From contig NZ_JABEMC010000010.1 in the NCBI RefSeq assembly GCF_013004595.1, positions 1 through 64,000 on the forward strand: a DNA stretch of 64,000 bases, read 5' to 3'. Every line of letters starts with the position of its first letter. Within the stretch, counting starts at the first letter, position 1. The notes under the pieces were generated by a model, which did no database searches, was not told the origin of the DNA, and saw only the letters and a program-made list of their open reading frames with translations. Positions 30,545 to 39,890 of this stretch are shown piece after piece. The position numbers and the translations under genes are program-made. The stretch is from Brevibacterium luteolum (lineage in GTDB: Bacteria; Actinomycetota; Actinomycetes; Actinomycetales; Brevibacteriaceae).

Positions 30545-31698
30545 TCCTCGTCAGTCGGGTGCGCAGCGGTCAGGGCGTCGTTGTGCTCGCCGAGCTGCGG
30601 GACCGGCAGGTCGCTTGCGGCTCTCGTTCCGTCGACGAGCAGCGGGTGGGCGATGAAGCCGTGCCCGAGGCGGGGGTCGCGGGCGTGCAGATCGCGTTCG
30701 GCTCCCAGGTCGCTGGTGAGAGCGTCTGCCAGGTTCCACACCGGGGAGGCCGGCACGCCGGCAGCATCGAGCAGTGCGCACATGTCTGCGACAGTGCGCG
30801 AGGCGGAGACCCCTTCGATCTCGTTGCGCAGAGCCTCATCATTGGCGCTGCGGTCGGCGTCGGTGGCGAAGCGGGGGTCGGCGGCGAGTTCGGGCTTGCC
30901 GAGTGCCTCGGCGAGCACGGCGAAGAGCCGGTCATTGGCCACCGCGATGACGAACAGGCCGTCGCTGGCTTCATAGGTGTCGAAGGGCGCCGACACCGGG
31001 TGCCGGTTGCCCACCCGCGTGGGGGCGGTGTTCGTGGCGGCGTACATGGCGGAGTTCGTCGGCTGCATGGCGAGCATGACGTCGAACATCGGGATGTCGA
31101 TGTGGGCTGGCGCGCCGGTGCGCTCACGGCGCACAAGGGCTGCGGAGATGCCGAAGGCGGCGAAGACGCCGGCGGAGACATCGGCGATCGATTCGCCGAC
31201 GCGGGTCGGCGGCCCGTCGGCGAAGCCGGTGGTGGCCATGAGTCCGGAGAGCGCTTGGATCACGGTGTCGTAGGCCGGACGCTTCGTCTGGCTACCCGTC
31301 TGGCCGAACCCGGAGATCGAAGCGTAGACGATATCGGGTTTGATCGCTGCGACGTCGTCGTAGGACAGGCCGAGCTTGGCGGCGACGCCGGGCCGGAAGT
31401 TCTCAACGACGACGTCACAGGTTGTGATGAAGGCGCGCAGCCGCTCAAGGCTTTCGGGGTCTTTGAGGTCGGCTTCGATGCTGTGCTTGCCGTGATTGAG
31501 GCCGGAGAAATAGGTGCTCTGCGCGTCGATGAACGGTCCGAGATGCCGGGAGTCATCACCACGGCCGGGCATTTCGATCTTGAACACCTCAGCACCGTGG
31601 TCGGCGAGCATGCGGGTGCAGTACGGGCCTGCCAGCACGCGGGAGAAGTCGGCGATCCGAATGCCGTCGAGAAGCGGAGGTGATGCAGTCATAGGCAT
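30541..31698 (-). CDS. CoA-transferase family III (CaiB/BaiF)
   Basis: DFSRVLAGPYC, VVENFRPG, SISGFGQ, YD, GESIAD. Confidence 0.93.
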   Translation of the reverse strand: MPMTASPPLLDGIRIADFSRVLAGPYCTRMLADHGAEVFKIEMPGRGDDSRHLGPFIDAQSTYFSGLNHGKHSIEADLKDPESLERLRAFITTCDVVVENFRPGVAAKLGLSYDDVAAIKPDIVYASISGFGQTGSQTKRPAYDTVIQALSGLMATTGFADGPPTRVGESIADVSAGVFAAFGISAALVRRERTGAPAHIDIPMFDVMLAMQPTNSAMYAATNTAPTRVGNRHPVSAPFDTYEASDGLFVIAVANDRLFAVLAEALGKPELAADPRFATDADRSANDEALRNEIEGVSASRTVADMCALLDAAGVPASPVWNLADALTSDLGAERDLHARDPRLGHGFIAHPLLVDGTRAASDLPVPQLGEHNDALTAAHPTDEE

Positions 31699-31823
31699 AT
31701 GCTGGCCGCTGCATACAAAGTCTGGGAAGACATGCCCACGGTGAATAGTCCAGCATGTCGGACAGGCAGTGGGCGGCACCACATCAAGCCTTACCGACCG
31801 TGCCGACAAGACCCGTGAGCTGC

Positions 31824-31920
31824 GACAGGCCGCCCGGCCATGACAGTCCACCCGCCGGAAGCAGGCTGCCCGCCGCGAACAGGCCAGCCGACGGGAACAG
31901 CGAGATGCCGCCGCAGACAG
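31824..31920. repeat. Degenerate tandem repeats of about 18 bp
   Basis: ACAGGCCGCCCGGCCATG / ACAGTCCACCCGCCGGAA / GCAGGCTGCCCGCCGCGA / ACAGGCCAGCCGACGGGA. Confidence 0.55.
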
Positions 31921-31997
31921 AGATGCACCAGGGAAACACATACCGGAGTAGTGAAATGTACGGGCTTCCCTGGTGCGGCAACCTCACTCCACAACCC
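31920..31997 (-). ncRNA. Candidate IdeR/DtxR-regulated small RNA (long hairpin 31925-31976)
   Basis: GCACCAGGGAA...TTCCCTGGTGC 11-bp stem, extendable by G-U pairs on the minus strand, loop AUUUCACUACUCCG. Lies just downstream of an iron box and TAnnnT -10 candidates. Ends approximate. Confidence 0.5.
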
Positions 31998-32008
31998 ACT
32001 CTAGCACC

Positions 32009-32027
32009 TTAGGTAAGGCTTACCTAT
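32009..32027. promoter_or_regulatory. IdeR/DtxR iron box
   Basis: TTAGGTAAGGCTTACCTAT versus consensus TTAGGTTAGGCTAACCTAA (16/19); palindromic core TAGGTAAG-G-CTTACCTA. Confidence 0.85.
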
Positions 32028-32103
32028 AGGTCCACAAGAAAAAGGCTGTGACGTCAGTCACCGTATGATTTAAGTTTCAATTATATAGTGGTAGAGTGAG
32101 CAT

Positions 32104-33171
32104 ATGTCCGAGAACCCCACCCCCCGCGATCACCGCGGCACCCAGTCTGATGAGAATCCCGAGCACTCGACTGCCGGCGTCTATGTCTCCGAGGGCAAGG
32201 CGTTCACCCGGGATATGAACTACATCGACGACCGCATCGTCGCCGACCCGCAGACAGCTGAGAAGTCCCACCCCGATCAGCAGCTGTGGCCCGTTGAAGC
32301 CGGCCGCTACCGGCTCGCGGCCGCCCGGGCCTGCCCGTGGGCCAACCGCACGCTTATCGTCCGGCGACTGCTCGGCCTCGAGGACGCGCTCTCGCTCGCC
32401 TTGGCAGGACCCACCCATGACGAGCGATCGTGGACCTTCGACCTTGACCCTGGCGGAGTGGACCCGGTGCTCGGCATCGAGCGCCTTCAGCAGGCCTACT
32501 TCGCCCGCTGCCCCGACTACCCGCGCGGCATCACGGTGCCGGCGATCGTCGAAATCGAAAGCGGCCAGGTCGTGACCAATGACTTCAACCAGATGACCCT
32601 CGACTTCTCGACCGAGTGGACCGCCCACCACCGCGAGGGCGCCCCCGACCTGTACCCGGAGGCGCAGCGGCAGGAGATGGACGAGCTCATGCAGTGGGTG
32701 TTCACCGAGGTCAACAACGGCGTCTACCGGTGCGGGTTCGCAGGATCCCAGGAGGCCTATGACGAGGCCTTCGAGAGGTTGTTCTCCGCACTCGACACGC
32801 TTGAAGCCCGCCTGCAGGACCAGCGGTTCCTCATGGGCGCAGCCATCACCGAGGCCGATGTCCGCCTGTTCACCACGCTCGCCCGTTTCGACGTCGTGTA
32901 CTACTCGCACTTCAAGTGCAACCGCCAGCAGCTGCGCGACTTCCCGAACCTGTGGGCCTACGCCCGCGACCTGTTCCAGATGCCCGGCTTCGGCGACACG
33001 GTCGACTTCCAGCAGATCAAGGACCACTACTACATCGTCCAGACGTCGGTGAACCCGACCGGCATCGTCCCGCTCGGCCCCGATACCTCCGGCTGGCACA
33101 CCGCCCACGGCCGCGAATCGCTCAGCGACCGTCCGTGGGGTGAGGGCACCGCCCCCGAACCGATCAGCTGA
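32104..33171 (+). CDS. Glutathionyl-hydroquinone reductase / GST (YqjG/ECM4-like); probably leaderless
   Basis: GRYRL...ACPWA, TVP, VNNGVYRCGFA, TEADVRLFTTLARFD, NPTGIVP. TAGAGT -10 sits 6 nt before the ATG. Confidence 0.9.
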   Translation: MSENPTPRDHRGTQSDENPEHSTAGVYVSEGKAFTRDMNYIDDRIVADPQTAEKSHPDQQLWPVEAGRYRLAAARACPWANRTLIVRRLLGLEDALSLALAGPTHDERSWTFDLDPGGVDPVLGIERLQQAYFARCPDYPRGITVPAIVEIESGQVVTNDFNQMTLDFSTEWTAHHREGAPDLYPEAQRQEMDELMQWVFTEVNNGVYRCGFAGSQEAYDEAFERLFSALDTLEARLQDQRFLMGAAITEADVRLFTTLARFDVVYYSHFKCNRQQLRDFPNLWAYARDLFQMPGFGDTVDFQQIKDHYYIVQTSVNPTGIVPLGPDTSGWHTAHGRESLSDRPWGEGTAPEPIS

Positions 33172-33227
33172 GGCAGTCGCTCGGCTGAGGCGAGCCCTGA
33201 GCTGCGGCAGTCCCTGAGCTGAGCCGC

Positions 33228-34049
33228 TCAGCCGAACGTCGGCTTGCGGCGCTCCTGGAAGGCGGCGAATCCCTCGCGATAGTCATCGCTGGTGCGGGCG
33301 CGCTCCTGCAAGAACGCCTCGGTGTCCCACACCTGGCCCAGGCGGGTGCGCTCATCGGCGAGGTTCTGGGTGAAGTGCTTCTCCATCCGGAACGTCTCGG
33401 CAGGACCTGTGGCCATCTTCGCGGCCTTGGCGCGGGCGAAGTCGAGCAGCTCACCGGCGGGGACCGCACGTGAGACGACCCCGGTGGCCGCCGCCTCGGT
33501 GCCGGTCATGAAGTCGCCGGTGAGGATCAAGTCCATGGTGCGGTGGTAGCCGAGCCGGTCGAGGAACACGGCGTGGGCGCCGGAGTCGAGGATCGCGCCG
33601 ATCGCGGCGAACGGCGAGCCGAACTTCGCATCCTCAGCCGCGTAGATGACATCGGCAGCTGCAGCCAGCCCGTAGCCCAGACCCAGGGCTGCGCCCTGCA
33701 CGACGGCGATGACGGGGATCTCGAGCGAGCGGATGGTGTCGAAGACCGGCCAGAAGTCGCTGTTGAGGAACTCGTAGGCGTCATCGGTCTCGACGTCGAC
33801 GCCTGCGATGTCACGGCCGGAGCAGAACACCGTGCCCTCTCCGCGCAGGATGAGCGCACGCACGGCCCCTTCGTCGATGAGCGGCAGCAGCGCCTCGACG
33901 TGGTCGAGCAGCGCACCGAGGGCATCGGCATCAAGCGCGTTGCGCGAGGCGGCGCCGTCGAGCACGATCTCAGCGACCGGCCCGATGGCTTCGGCCGGCG
34001 CGCTCGTCGTGTCCTCGGGGTTGGAGTGGGTTGAGGTGATGGTCGTCAT
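33228..34049 (-). CDS. Enoyl-CoA hydratase/isomerase (probable PaaG-type)
   Basis: FCSGRDI, VQGAALGLG, DSG, DYREGFAAFQERRKP; last gene of the paaABCDE operon. Confidence 0.85.
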   Translation of the reverse strand: MTTITSTHSNPEDTTSAPAEAIGPVAEIVLDGAASRNALDADALGALLDHVEALLPLIDEGAVRALILRGEGTVFCSGRDIAGVDVETDDAYEFLNSDFWPVFDTIRSLEIPVIAVVQGAALGLGYGLAAAADVIYAAEDAKFGSPFAAIGAILDSGAHAVFLDRLGYHRTMDLILTGDFMTGTEAAATGVVSRAVPAGELLDFARAKAAKMATGPAETFRMEKHFTQNLADERTRLGQVWDTEAFLQERARTSDDYREGFAAFQERRKPTFG

Positions 34050-34109
34050 CGGGTTCCTTTCAGCCCTGCGGGGATCTGCCTGCGGCGCCCGTTCCAGCCG
34101 CCGGTGCTC

Positions 34110-35282
34110 TCACTGGTCGTAGTCGACTTCGACGCTGTCGCTGGTGGGCACCGACTGGCAGGTGAGCACGTAGCCGGTGTCGAGCTCATCGGGTTCGAGC
34201 GCGTAGTTATCCGCCATGTCGACGGTGCCGGTGATGAGCTTGGCCTTGCAGGTGCCGCACACCCCGCCGGCGCACGCGTACGGCACGTCGGGCCGGGTGG
34301 TGAGTGCGGCCGAAAGGATCGTGTCGGGGTTGTCCTGCGGGGTGGTGGCCTTGCCGGTGCGGCCGTCGAGGGTGAAGGTCACGGTGCGCACCGGTCCCGA
34401 GGCGGTGGTCGGCCTGCGCGGCCGGCGCGGGCCTGCGCGCCCCTCGCCCTCCTTGCCGGTGGTGAAGAGCTCGAAGTGGATCCTCGAGCGGTCGACGTCG
34501 TGGGCGTCAAGCGTGGTGCGGGCCATCTCGACCAGGGGCAGGGGGCCGCAGAGAAACCATTCGTCGACGGTCTCAGGCGGGATGACGAGTTCGAGCAGCC
34601 GCTTGAGCTTGTCCTCGTCGATGCGCCCGGAGTACAGCTCGGCGCTGCGCCCTTCGCCGGAGAGGAAGTGGTGGACGTCGAAGCGGCCCATGTGGGCATC
34701 TTTGAGGTCGGCGAGGTCTTCTAAGAACATCACATCGGTGCTCGTGCGGTTGCCGTAGATGAGCGTGAAGTGCACTCCCGGGTGGGTGCGCAGCACCGAG
34801 GCGGCCAGCGACATGACCGGGGTGATGCCTGAACCCGCGGCGATCGCGACGATGCGGCCGGTGTCGGCCTTCGTCAGCCGGGAGGTGAAGCTGCCCTGCG
34901 GGTTCATCACCGCGATCGTGTCGCCGATGGACAGGTCGTTGCGCACGTGGGTGGAGAACAGCCCGTCGGCGACTTCCTTGACGCCGATGCGCAGGGTCTT
35001 GCCGTCCGGGGGTGCGCAGAGTGAGTAGCTGCGGCGGATCTCGGTGCCGCCGATGGTGGTCCGCAGCGCGATGTGCTGGCCGGGGATGTAGGAGAACTCA
35101 TCGGAGAGCTCTTCGGGCACAGCGAAGCTGACTTCGACGGCGGTGGAGGTGAGTTCGCGGATGCCGTTGACCTTGAGGTCGTGGAAGCGCAGCCGCTGCC
35201 GAGGCGGGGCCGGGGTCTCAGGGGCCGGTGCGGTGGTGTTCTCGGCTGGGCTGGTGGTCTGGGTGTCAGAGGCTGCGGTCAT
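34110..35282 (-). CDS. paaE: Phenylacetyl-CoA epoxidase reductase subunit
   Basis: RRSYSLC, AAGSGITP, FLCGP, PYACAGGVCGTC...LTCQ. Confidence 0.95.
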   Translation of the reverse strand: MTAASDTQTTSPAENTTAPAPETPAPPRQRLRFHDLKVNGIRELTSTAVEVSFAVPEELSDEFSYIPGQHIALRTTIGGTEIRRSYSLCAPPDGKTLRIGVKEVADGLFSTHVRNDLSIGDTIAVMNPQGSFTSRLTKADTGRIVAIAAGSGITPVMSLAASVLRTHPGVHFTLIYGNRTSTDVMFLEDLADLKDAHMGRFDVHHFLSGEGRSAELYSGRIDEDKLKRLLELVIPPETVDEWFLCGPLPLVEMARTTLDAHDVDRSRIHFELFTTGKEGEGRAGPRRPRRPTTASGPVRTVTFTLDGRTGKATTPQDNPDTILSAALTTRPDVPYACAGGVCGTCKAKLITGTVDMADNYALEPDELDTGYVLTCQSVPTSDSVEVDYDQ

Positions 35283-35872
35283 CAGTGCACCTTGAAGTAG
35301 TCGAAGGGCTCGAGGCAGTCACTGCAGCGGTAGAGCGCTTTGCAGGCTGTCGAGCCGAAACGGGAGAGTTCATGGGTGTTGAGCGAGTGGCACAGCGGGC
35401 ACTTGACAGCCATGCTCAGCCCGATCGGGCCGGCAGCGGCCTTGCCGGTCGGCGGAGCGATGCCGTAGGCGTCGAGTTTGGCCTTGCCCTCCTCGTTCAT
35501 CCAGTCGGTCGTCCAGGCCGGTGAGAAGACGAGTTCGACATCGACCTCGGTGGCACCGGCGGCGCGCGCGGCGCGCTGCACGTCGGCTCGGATCGTCTCC
35601 ATCGCCGGGCAGCCGGAGTAGGTCGGGGTGATGACGACGTGGGCGCGCAGACTGGCGTCCTCGCCAGTCCCCTGGCCTTCGCCGGTCTCCTGGCTCTCGC
35701 CGGTCTCGTTCGCCTCGCCGGCGGATTCGACCTCAACGGAGCGCAGGATCCCAAGATCCTCGATCGTCAGCACCGGGATCTCCGGATCGCACACGACGCG
35801 CACAGCGCGCACGATCGCCTCGGCGGTCTGGGCCGGTTCGGTCATCGGGGCGGCGGTGTCTGTGGCCATCAC
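35282..35872 (-). CDS. paaD: Phenylacetyl-CoA epoxidase subunit D
   Basis: DPEIPVLTIEDLGI, TPTYSGCPA, AWTTDW, CPLC, FGSTACKAL, EPFDYFK. Confidence 0.95.
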   Translation of the reverse strand: MMATDTAAPMTEPAQTAEAIVRAVRVVCDPEIPVLTIEDLGILRSVEVESAGEANETGESQETGEGQGTGEDASLRAHVVITPTYSGCPAMETIRADVQRAARAAGATEVDVELVFSPAWTTDWMNEEGKAKLDAYGIAPPTGKAAAGPIGLSMAVKCPLCHSLNTHELSRFGSTACKALYRCSDCLEPFDYFKVH

Positions 35873-35884
35873 GATCGGTCCTCC

Positions 35885-36814
35885 TCACCAGGTGGCGCCG
35901 GGATGCTGGCGGGCGAGCACCTGCATCTCGGCGAGGATGTAGCCCAGGTGCGGTGAGTGCAGGCCGAAGCGTCCCTGCCCGCGCGCTGGCGGGATCTCCG
36001 GGACGCTCAGCGTCGCGGTCTCAAGGATCTCGGCCAGCTGGGCGTCGAACTCCTCTCGCAGGCCAGCCGCACTCACGGCCACTCCGGAGTCGATGAGGTC
36101 GGCGAACGGGCTGTCGTCGAACAGCTCGTCGACATACGGCCACATCATCTCCAGGCCGGCCTGCATGCGGCGGTGGGATTCCTCGGTGCCGTCACCGAGC
36201 CGCACGGTCCACATGCTGGCGTGTTCGACGTGGTAGTCGACTTCCTTGATCGACTTCGCCGCCACTGCGGCGAGGAACTCGTCGGTCGAGTCGAGCAGGC
36301 CGCGGTAGAGCAGCTGCTGGTACAGGCTGGTGAGCAGCACCTTGGCGATCGTCTGCCCGAAGTCACCGTTGGGCTGTTCGACGAGGGCGCAGGAGCGGAA
36401 TTCGGACTCGTCGCGGAAGTAGGCGAGTTCGTCCTCGGTCTTGTCCAGGCCGCGACCGGCGTACTGCAGGAACATCCGCGCAGCCCCGAGCTGGTCGAGC
36501 GCGATGTTCGTCAGCGCGATGTCCTCTTCGAGTTCAGGTCCCTTGGCGACGAGCTCCCCGAGGCGCTGGGCGGTGATGAGCGCGTCGTCGCCGAGCATGA
36601 GGGCGTAGCGGGCGACGTCCTCACTCGGCACGGAGGTGATCGTCGCCGTCAGCGGGACGCCGGCGCCAGGCAGCAGCGGGTCGACTTCGAGTTCGTCGCC
36701 GACAGTCGGCATGCCCTGGGCTGCCGGCTGGACAGGCGGTGCCGGTTCGACTGTCTCGTAGTCCTCCGGGGCGTGCGCTTCGGCCTCAGGAGTGGGGTTG
36801 GTCTCGGTGCTCAC
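35885..36814 (-). CDS. paaC: Phenylacetyl-CoA epoxidase subunit C
   Basis: LGDDALI, PELEEDIALTNIALD, KEVDYH, RLGDGTEESH, HPGATW. Confidence 0.95.
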   Translation of the reverse strand: MSTETNPTPEAEAHAPEDYETVEPAPPVQPAAQGMPTVGDELEVDPLLPGAGVPLTATITSVPSEDVARYALMLGDDALITAQRLGELVAKGPELEEDIALTNIALDQLGAARMFLQYAGRGLDKTEDELAYFRDESEFRSCALVEQPNGDFGQTIAKVLLTSLYQQLLYRGLLDSTDEFLAAVAAKSIKEVDYHVEHASMWTVRLGDGTEESHRRMQAGLEMMWPYVDELFDDSPFADLIDSGVAVSAAGLREEFDAQLAEILETATLSVPEIPPARGQGRFGLHSPHLGYILAEMQVLARQHPGATW

Positions 36815-37161
36815 AGGTGCGGCACCCCCTCGGCGCGGGTGTAGAAGGTCGGGTGGCGGTAGACCTTGTCGGCGGCCGGTTCGAAGTAGGAGTCCTTCGA
36901 GTCCGGTTCCGAGGCGGTGATCTGCTCGCTCGGCACGACCCACAGCGACACGCCTTCGCTGCGGCGGGTGTAGAGGTCGCGGGCGTTGGCCAGGGCCATG
37001 CGTGCGTCAGCGGCGTGCAGGGAGCCGGCGTGGACGTGGGAGAGGCCGCGATTGGGGCGGATGAAGACCTCCCACAGCGGCCAACCGCCGGTCGGCGTGC
37101 TGCCTGCCGAGGAGCCGTTGGTGGTGTTCTCCGTGCCCGAGGCGGTGGTCGGGTGGGTCAT
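36811..37161 (-). CDS. paaB: Phenylacetyl-CoA epoxidase subunit B
   Basis: WPLWEVF, GLSHVHAGSLHAAD, ARDLYTRRSEGVSLWVV, YRHPTFY. Confidence 0.95.
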   Translation of the reverse strand: MTHPTTASGTENTTNGSSAGSTPTGGWPLWEVFIRPNRGLSHVHAGSLHAADARMALANARDLYTRRSEGVSLWVVPSEQITASEPDSKDSYFEPAADKVYRHPTFYTRAEGVPHL

Positions 37162-37162
37162 A

Positions 37163-38173
37163 TCAGCTGGCCTCCTGGTAGGCGTCGGCGGCGCGACGGG
37201 ACTGCTTGGCGGCGTACGCGGTGGCGGCTTCGCGCACCCATGCGCCGCCTTCATGGGCGGCTCTGCGGTTGGCGATGCGCAGGTGGTTGGATGGTCCGCG
37301 GCCCTTGAGGACCTCCTTGAACTCCGTCCAGTCGATCTCGCCGAAGTCGTAGTGGCCGCGCTCGTCGTTCCACTTCAGGTCCGGATCCGGCAGGGTCAGG
37401 CCGAGGACCTCGGACTGCGGGACGGTCATGTCGACGAACCGCTGGCGCAGCTCGTCGTTGGAGAAGCGCTTGATATTCCACGCCATCGACTGTGCCGAGT
37501 TCGGAGAGTCGGCATCCGGTGGGCCGAACATCATGAGCGAGGGCCACCACCAGCGGTTGACGGCGTCCTGGGCCATGGCCTTCTGCGCCTCGGTGCCGTG
37601 GGAGAGTTCGTAGAGGATCTCGAAGCCCTGGCGCTGGTGGAAGGACTCTTCCTTGCAGATGCGCACCATCGACCGGGCGTACGGGCCGTAGGAGGCGCGG
37701 CACAGCGGCACCTGGTTGCAGATCGCGGCACCGTCGACGAGCCAGCCGATCGCACCCATGTCCGCCCAGGTGGGGGTGGGGTAGTTGAAGATCGAGGAGT
37801 ACCGGGCGGTGCCCTCGATGAGCTGCTCGGTCATGGTGTCGCGGTCGATGCCAAGCGTCTCGGCGGCCGAGTAGAGGTACAGGCCGTGGCCGGCTTCGTC
37901 CTGGACTTTGGCCATGAGGATCGATTTGCGCTTCAGACTCGGGGCGCGGGTGATCCAGTTGCCCTCGGGCTGCATGCCGATGATCTCGGAGTGGGCGTGC
38001 TGGCCGATCTGCCGGATGAGGGTCTTGCGGTAGGCATCGGGCATCCAGTCGCGCGGCTCGATCCGGCCTTCGGCGGCGATCCGGGCGTCGAATTCGGCCT
38101 GCGCCTCGGTGGTGTCGGGCTGGCCGTCCTGGGTGGGTACGGCAGTGGGTGCCGGGCGGTCTGCGGTGTGCAT
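37163..38173 (-). CDS. paaA: Phenylacetyl-CoA epoxidase subunit A
   Basis: [47 protein letters not shown]. Confidence 0.97.
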   Translation of the reverse strand: MHTADRPAPTAVPTQDGQPDTTEAQAEFDARIAAEGRIEPRDWMPDAYRKTLIRQIGQHAHSEIIGMQPEGNWITRAPSLKRKSILMAKVQDEAGHGLYLYSAAETLGIDRDTMTEQLIEGTARYSSIFNYPTPTWADMGAIGWLVDGAAICNQVPLCRASYGPYARSMVRICKEESFHQRQGFEILYELSHGTEAQKAMAQDAVNRWWWPSLMMFGPPDADSPNSAQSMAWNIKRFSNDELRQRFVDMTVPQSEVLGLTLPDPDLKWNDERGHYDFGEIDWTEFKEVLKGRGPSNHLRIANRRAAHEGGAWVREAATAYAAKQSRRAADAYQEAS

Positions 38174-38199
38174 CGTTGCTCCTCTGCAGATCAGAATTA

Positions 38200-38215
38200 C
38201 TGACCATTTGTTCAG
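38200..38215. promoter_or_regulatory. Putative PaaR (TetR) operator upstream of paaA
   Basis: CTGACC-ATTT-GTTCAG; related sites lie before paaI and paaZ. Confidence 0.65.
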
Positions 38216-38584
38216 ATAATAGTAACCGGTGTGACGTGGGCCTCGCAAGACTGGGTTTCGGGCACGTTCGTCAACAGCTCTCCGGCGGACCCGATCCTTG
38301 CCGAGCAGACGCGGCTGACCCGTCGGGAATCCCGAGAGATTCGCCCCGACTGCTACATTCGGGGTAGCCGTTGCCGCGGCCGCCGCCCCCAAACCACCAT
38401 TGGTTCGTACCGACGTCGAGGACGCTTAAGCGCTCCAAGAGGGTGACAGGACCCTTGATCACCCACGGGGTCTTCTACTAGCCGCATCCGCCGCTACCAG
38501 GCAGACCGCGAGGCGGGCGACAGGGTATTTGTGACAACCGTCGCTGCACGCCACTGGTCATGAGTGCGCCTGCCACCGCGATGA

Positions 38585-39502
38585 CTATCGCGCCCAGAGC
38601 GCGAGGTTCGCCCAGCCCTCAGGGGCTCCCGTTCGCGCCAGCGGGACGATCTCGTTGTCGGGGTAAGTACGTAACAGCGCCGGCAAATGCTCCGCCGACG
38701 AGAGGCCGAGTTCCCGGTGCAAGTACTGGATCAGCGTGAGTTGGCCGAAAGCCCGGTTCATTCCCCCAGCCACCGGAATCAGCCGCCGGTCGTCGCTCAG
38801 CTTGGGTTTGATGTCGTAGACGCGGTTAAACATCCGAGCATGATGTGCCGCGTAGTTACGTACGATATTCAGCGATTTCAACCAAGACTCAAGCTGCGGG
38901 GCTTTCAGCTGACATTGGTCAGCGATGCGGTTGCGGACGATATTCGGCGACATGCCGTACAGGTGGGAAAGCATACCCCAGTCCATAATTTCCACTGCAG
39001 CCCAGATGGGCATATCCCCGCTGTATTTTGCTTTGTGATGAGCGACGAAGTCTTCTCTGGAAGCCTTCAAAGCAGCTGTGTATTTTCCTAGCCAGACTTC
39101 ATGCATACTGCGGCCGTCGTTGCGTCGCTGACGTGCACGCGGGGCTAAGAGGTTTACGGACAGGTGGACCAGCGGATCGATACGCCCCAGTTCGTATCCG
39201 AGCATGGCTCGAACGGCCAGCTCGACTCGGTCCAGCTCGTTGAACACAGCATGCCGCAACCGCTCGTCAAACCCATAGAGCGCAATAACCAAGTCGAACG
39301 ATGCGCCATCGACGAACTCGTCTAGCGCCTCGCCTGTGGCTGGGGCAAAGCGGCGCATCGGATACCAATATCCCGACAAACGATAGTAGTTGAGCCGAGT
39401 CAGAAGGTGCTCGGCACGAACTGGGTCCTCGACACGCATCCCACGCGAACGCAGCAGCTCGACCTGCTCTGCGTACGTTTTGAACTGCTTCGCCAGAGTC
39501 AC
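38585..39502 (-). CDS. Abi-family (AbiD/AbiF-like, Abi_2) HEPN protein
   Basis: FKTYAEQVELLRSRGM, LNYYRLSGYW, LYGFDERLR, PIWAAVE, VRNYAAHHAR (RxxxxH). GTG start after AAGGTG. Confidence 0.9.
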   Translation of the reverse strand: MTLAKQFKTYAEQVELLRSRGMRVEDPVRAEHLLTRLNYYRLSGYWYPMRRFAPATGEALDEFVDGASFDLVIALYGFDERLRHAVFNELDRVELAVRAMLGYELGRIDPLVHLSVNLLAPRARQRRNDGRSMHEVWLGKYTAALKASREDFVAHHKAKYSGDMPIWAAVEIMDWGMLSHLYGMSPNIVRNRIADQCQLKAPQLESWLKSLNIVRNYAAHHARMFNRVYDIKPKLSDDRRLIPVAGGMNRAFGQLTLIQYLHRELGLSSAEHLPALLRTYPDNEIVPLARTGAPEGWANLALWAR

Positions 39503-39530
39503 TAGCGGGATCACCTTTTCAGCAAACGAA

Positions 39531-39573
39531 GACCGGCCCTGGACTCCCACCGAAGTGGGCAGCGGAACCGGTC
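39531..39573 (-). ncRNA. Structured RNA directly upstream of the abi gene (candidate abiF-type antitoxin or leader)
   Basis: GACCGG...CCGGTC outer stem enclosing a CCCAC-UUCG-GUGGG tetraloop hairpin; TAAAAT -10 just upstream (39591-39586). Confidence 0.6.
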
Positions 39574-39844
39574 ATGTTACTTGGGATTTTACCGCAACTG
39601 ATGCGCACGAGACCACCTGCCGCTGAAACTCTTGGACAGTGTCAGAACCGGGCCGCGACTCCAGCCGATCACATCGCGAAAAGTTCGCACGTTCGCCTGT
39701 CACCACCACAGCCTTCCGATCCGCACCTACACCGCCCCGCAGTTACAGCTAGCATCACACTCAGATTCGCTCGCTGCATCCCACCGGATCTTGAGACATT
39801 TCGCCCGTGTGGTTGACAGCACAGTCCTCGAGGGTGGACATTTA

Positions 39845-39860
39845 ATGACCAAATGGTCGT
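39845..39860. promoter_or_regulatory. Putative PaaR operator upstream of paaI
   Basis: ATGACC-AAAT-GGTCGT, downstream of TTGACA (39813-39818). Confidence 0.65.
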
Positions 39861-39890
39861 TTAATCGCCGCGTGCTCAAGGAGGAGCCCC

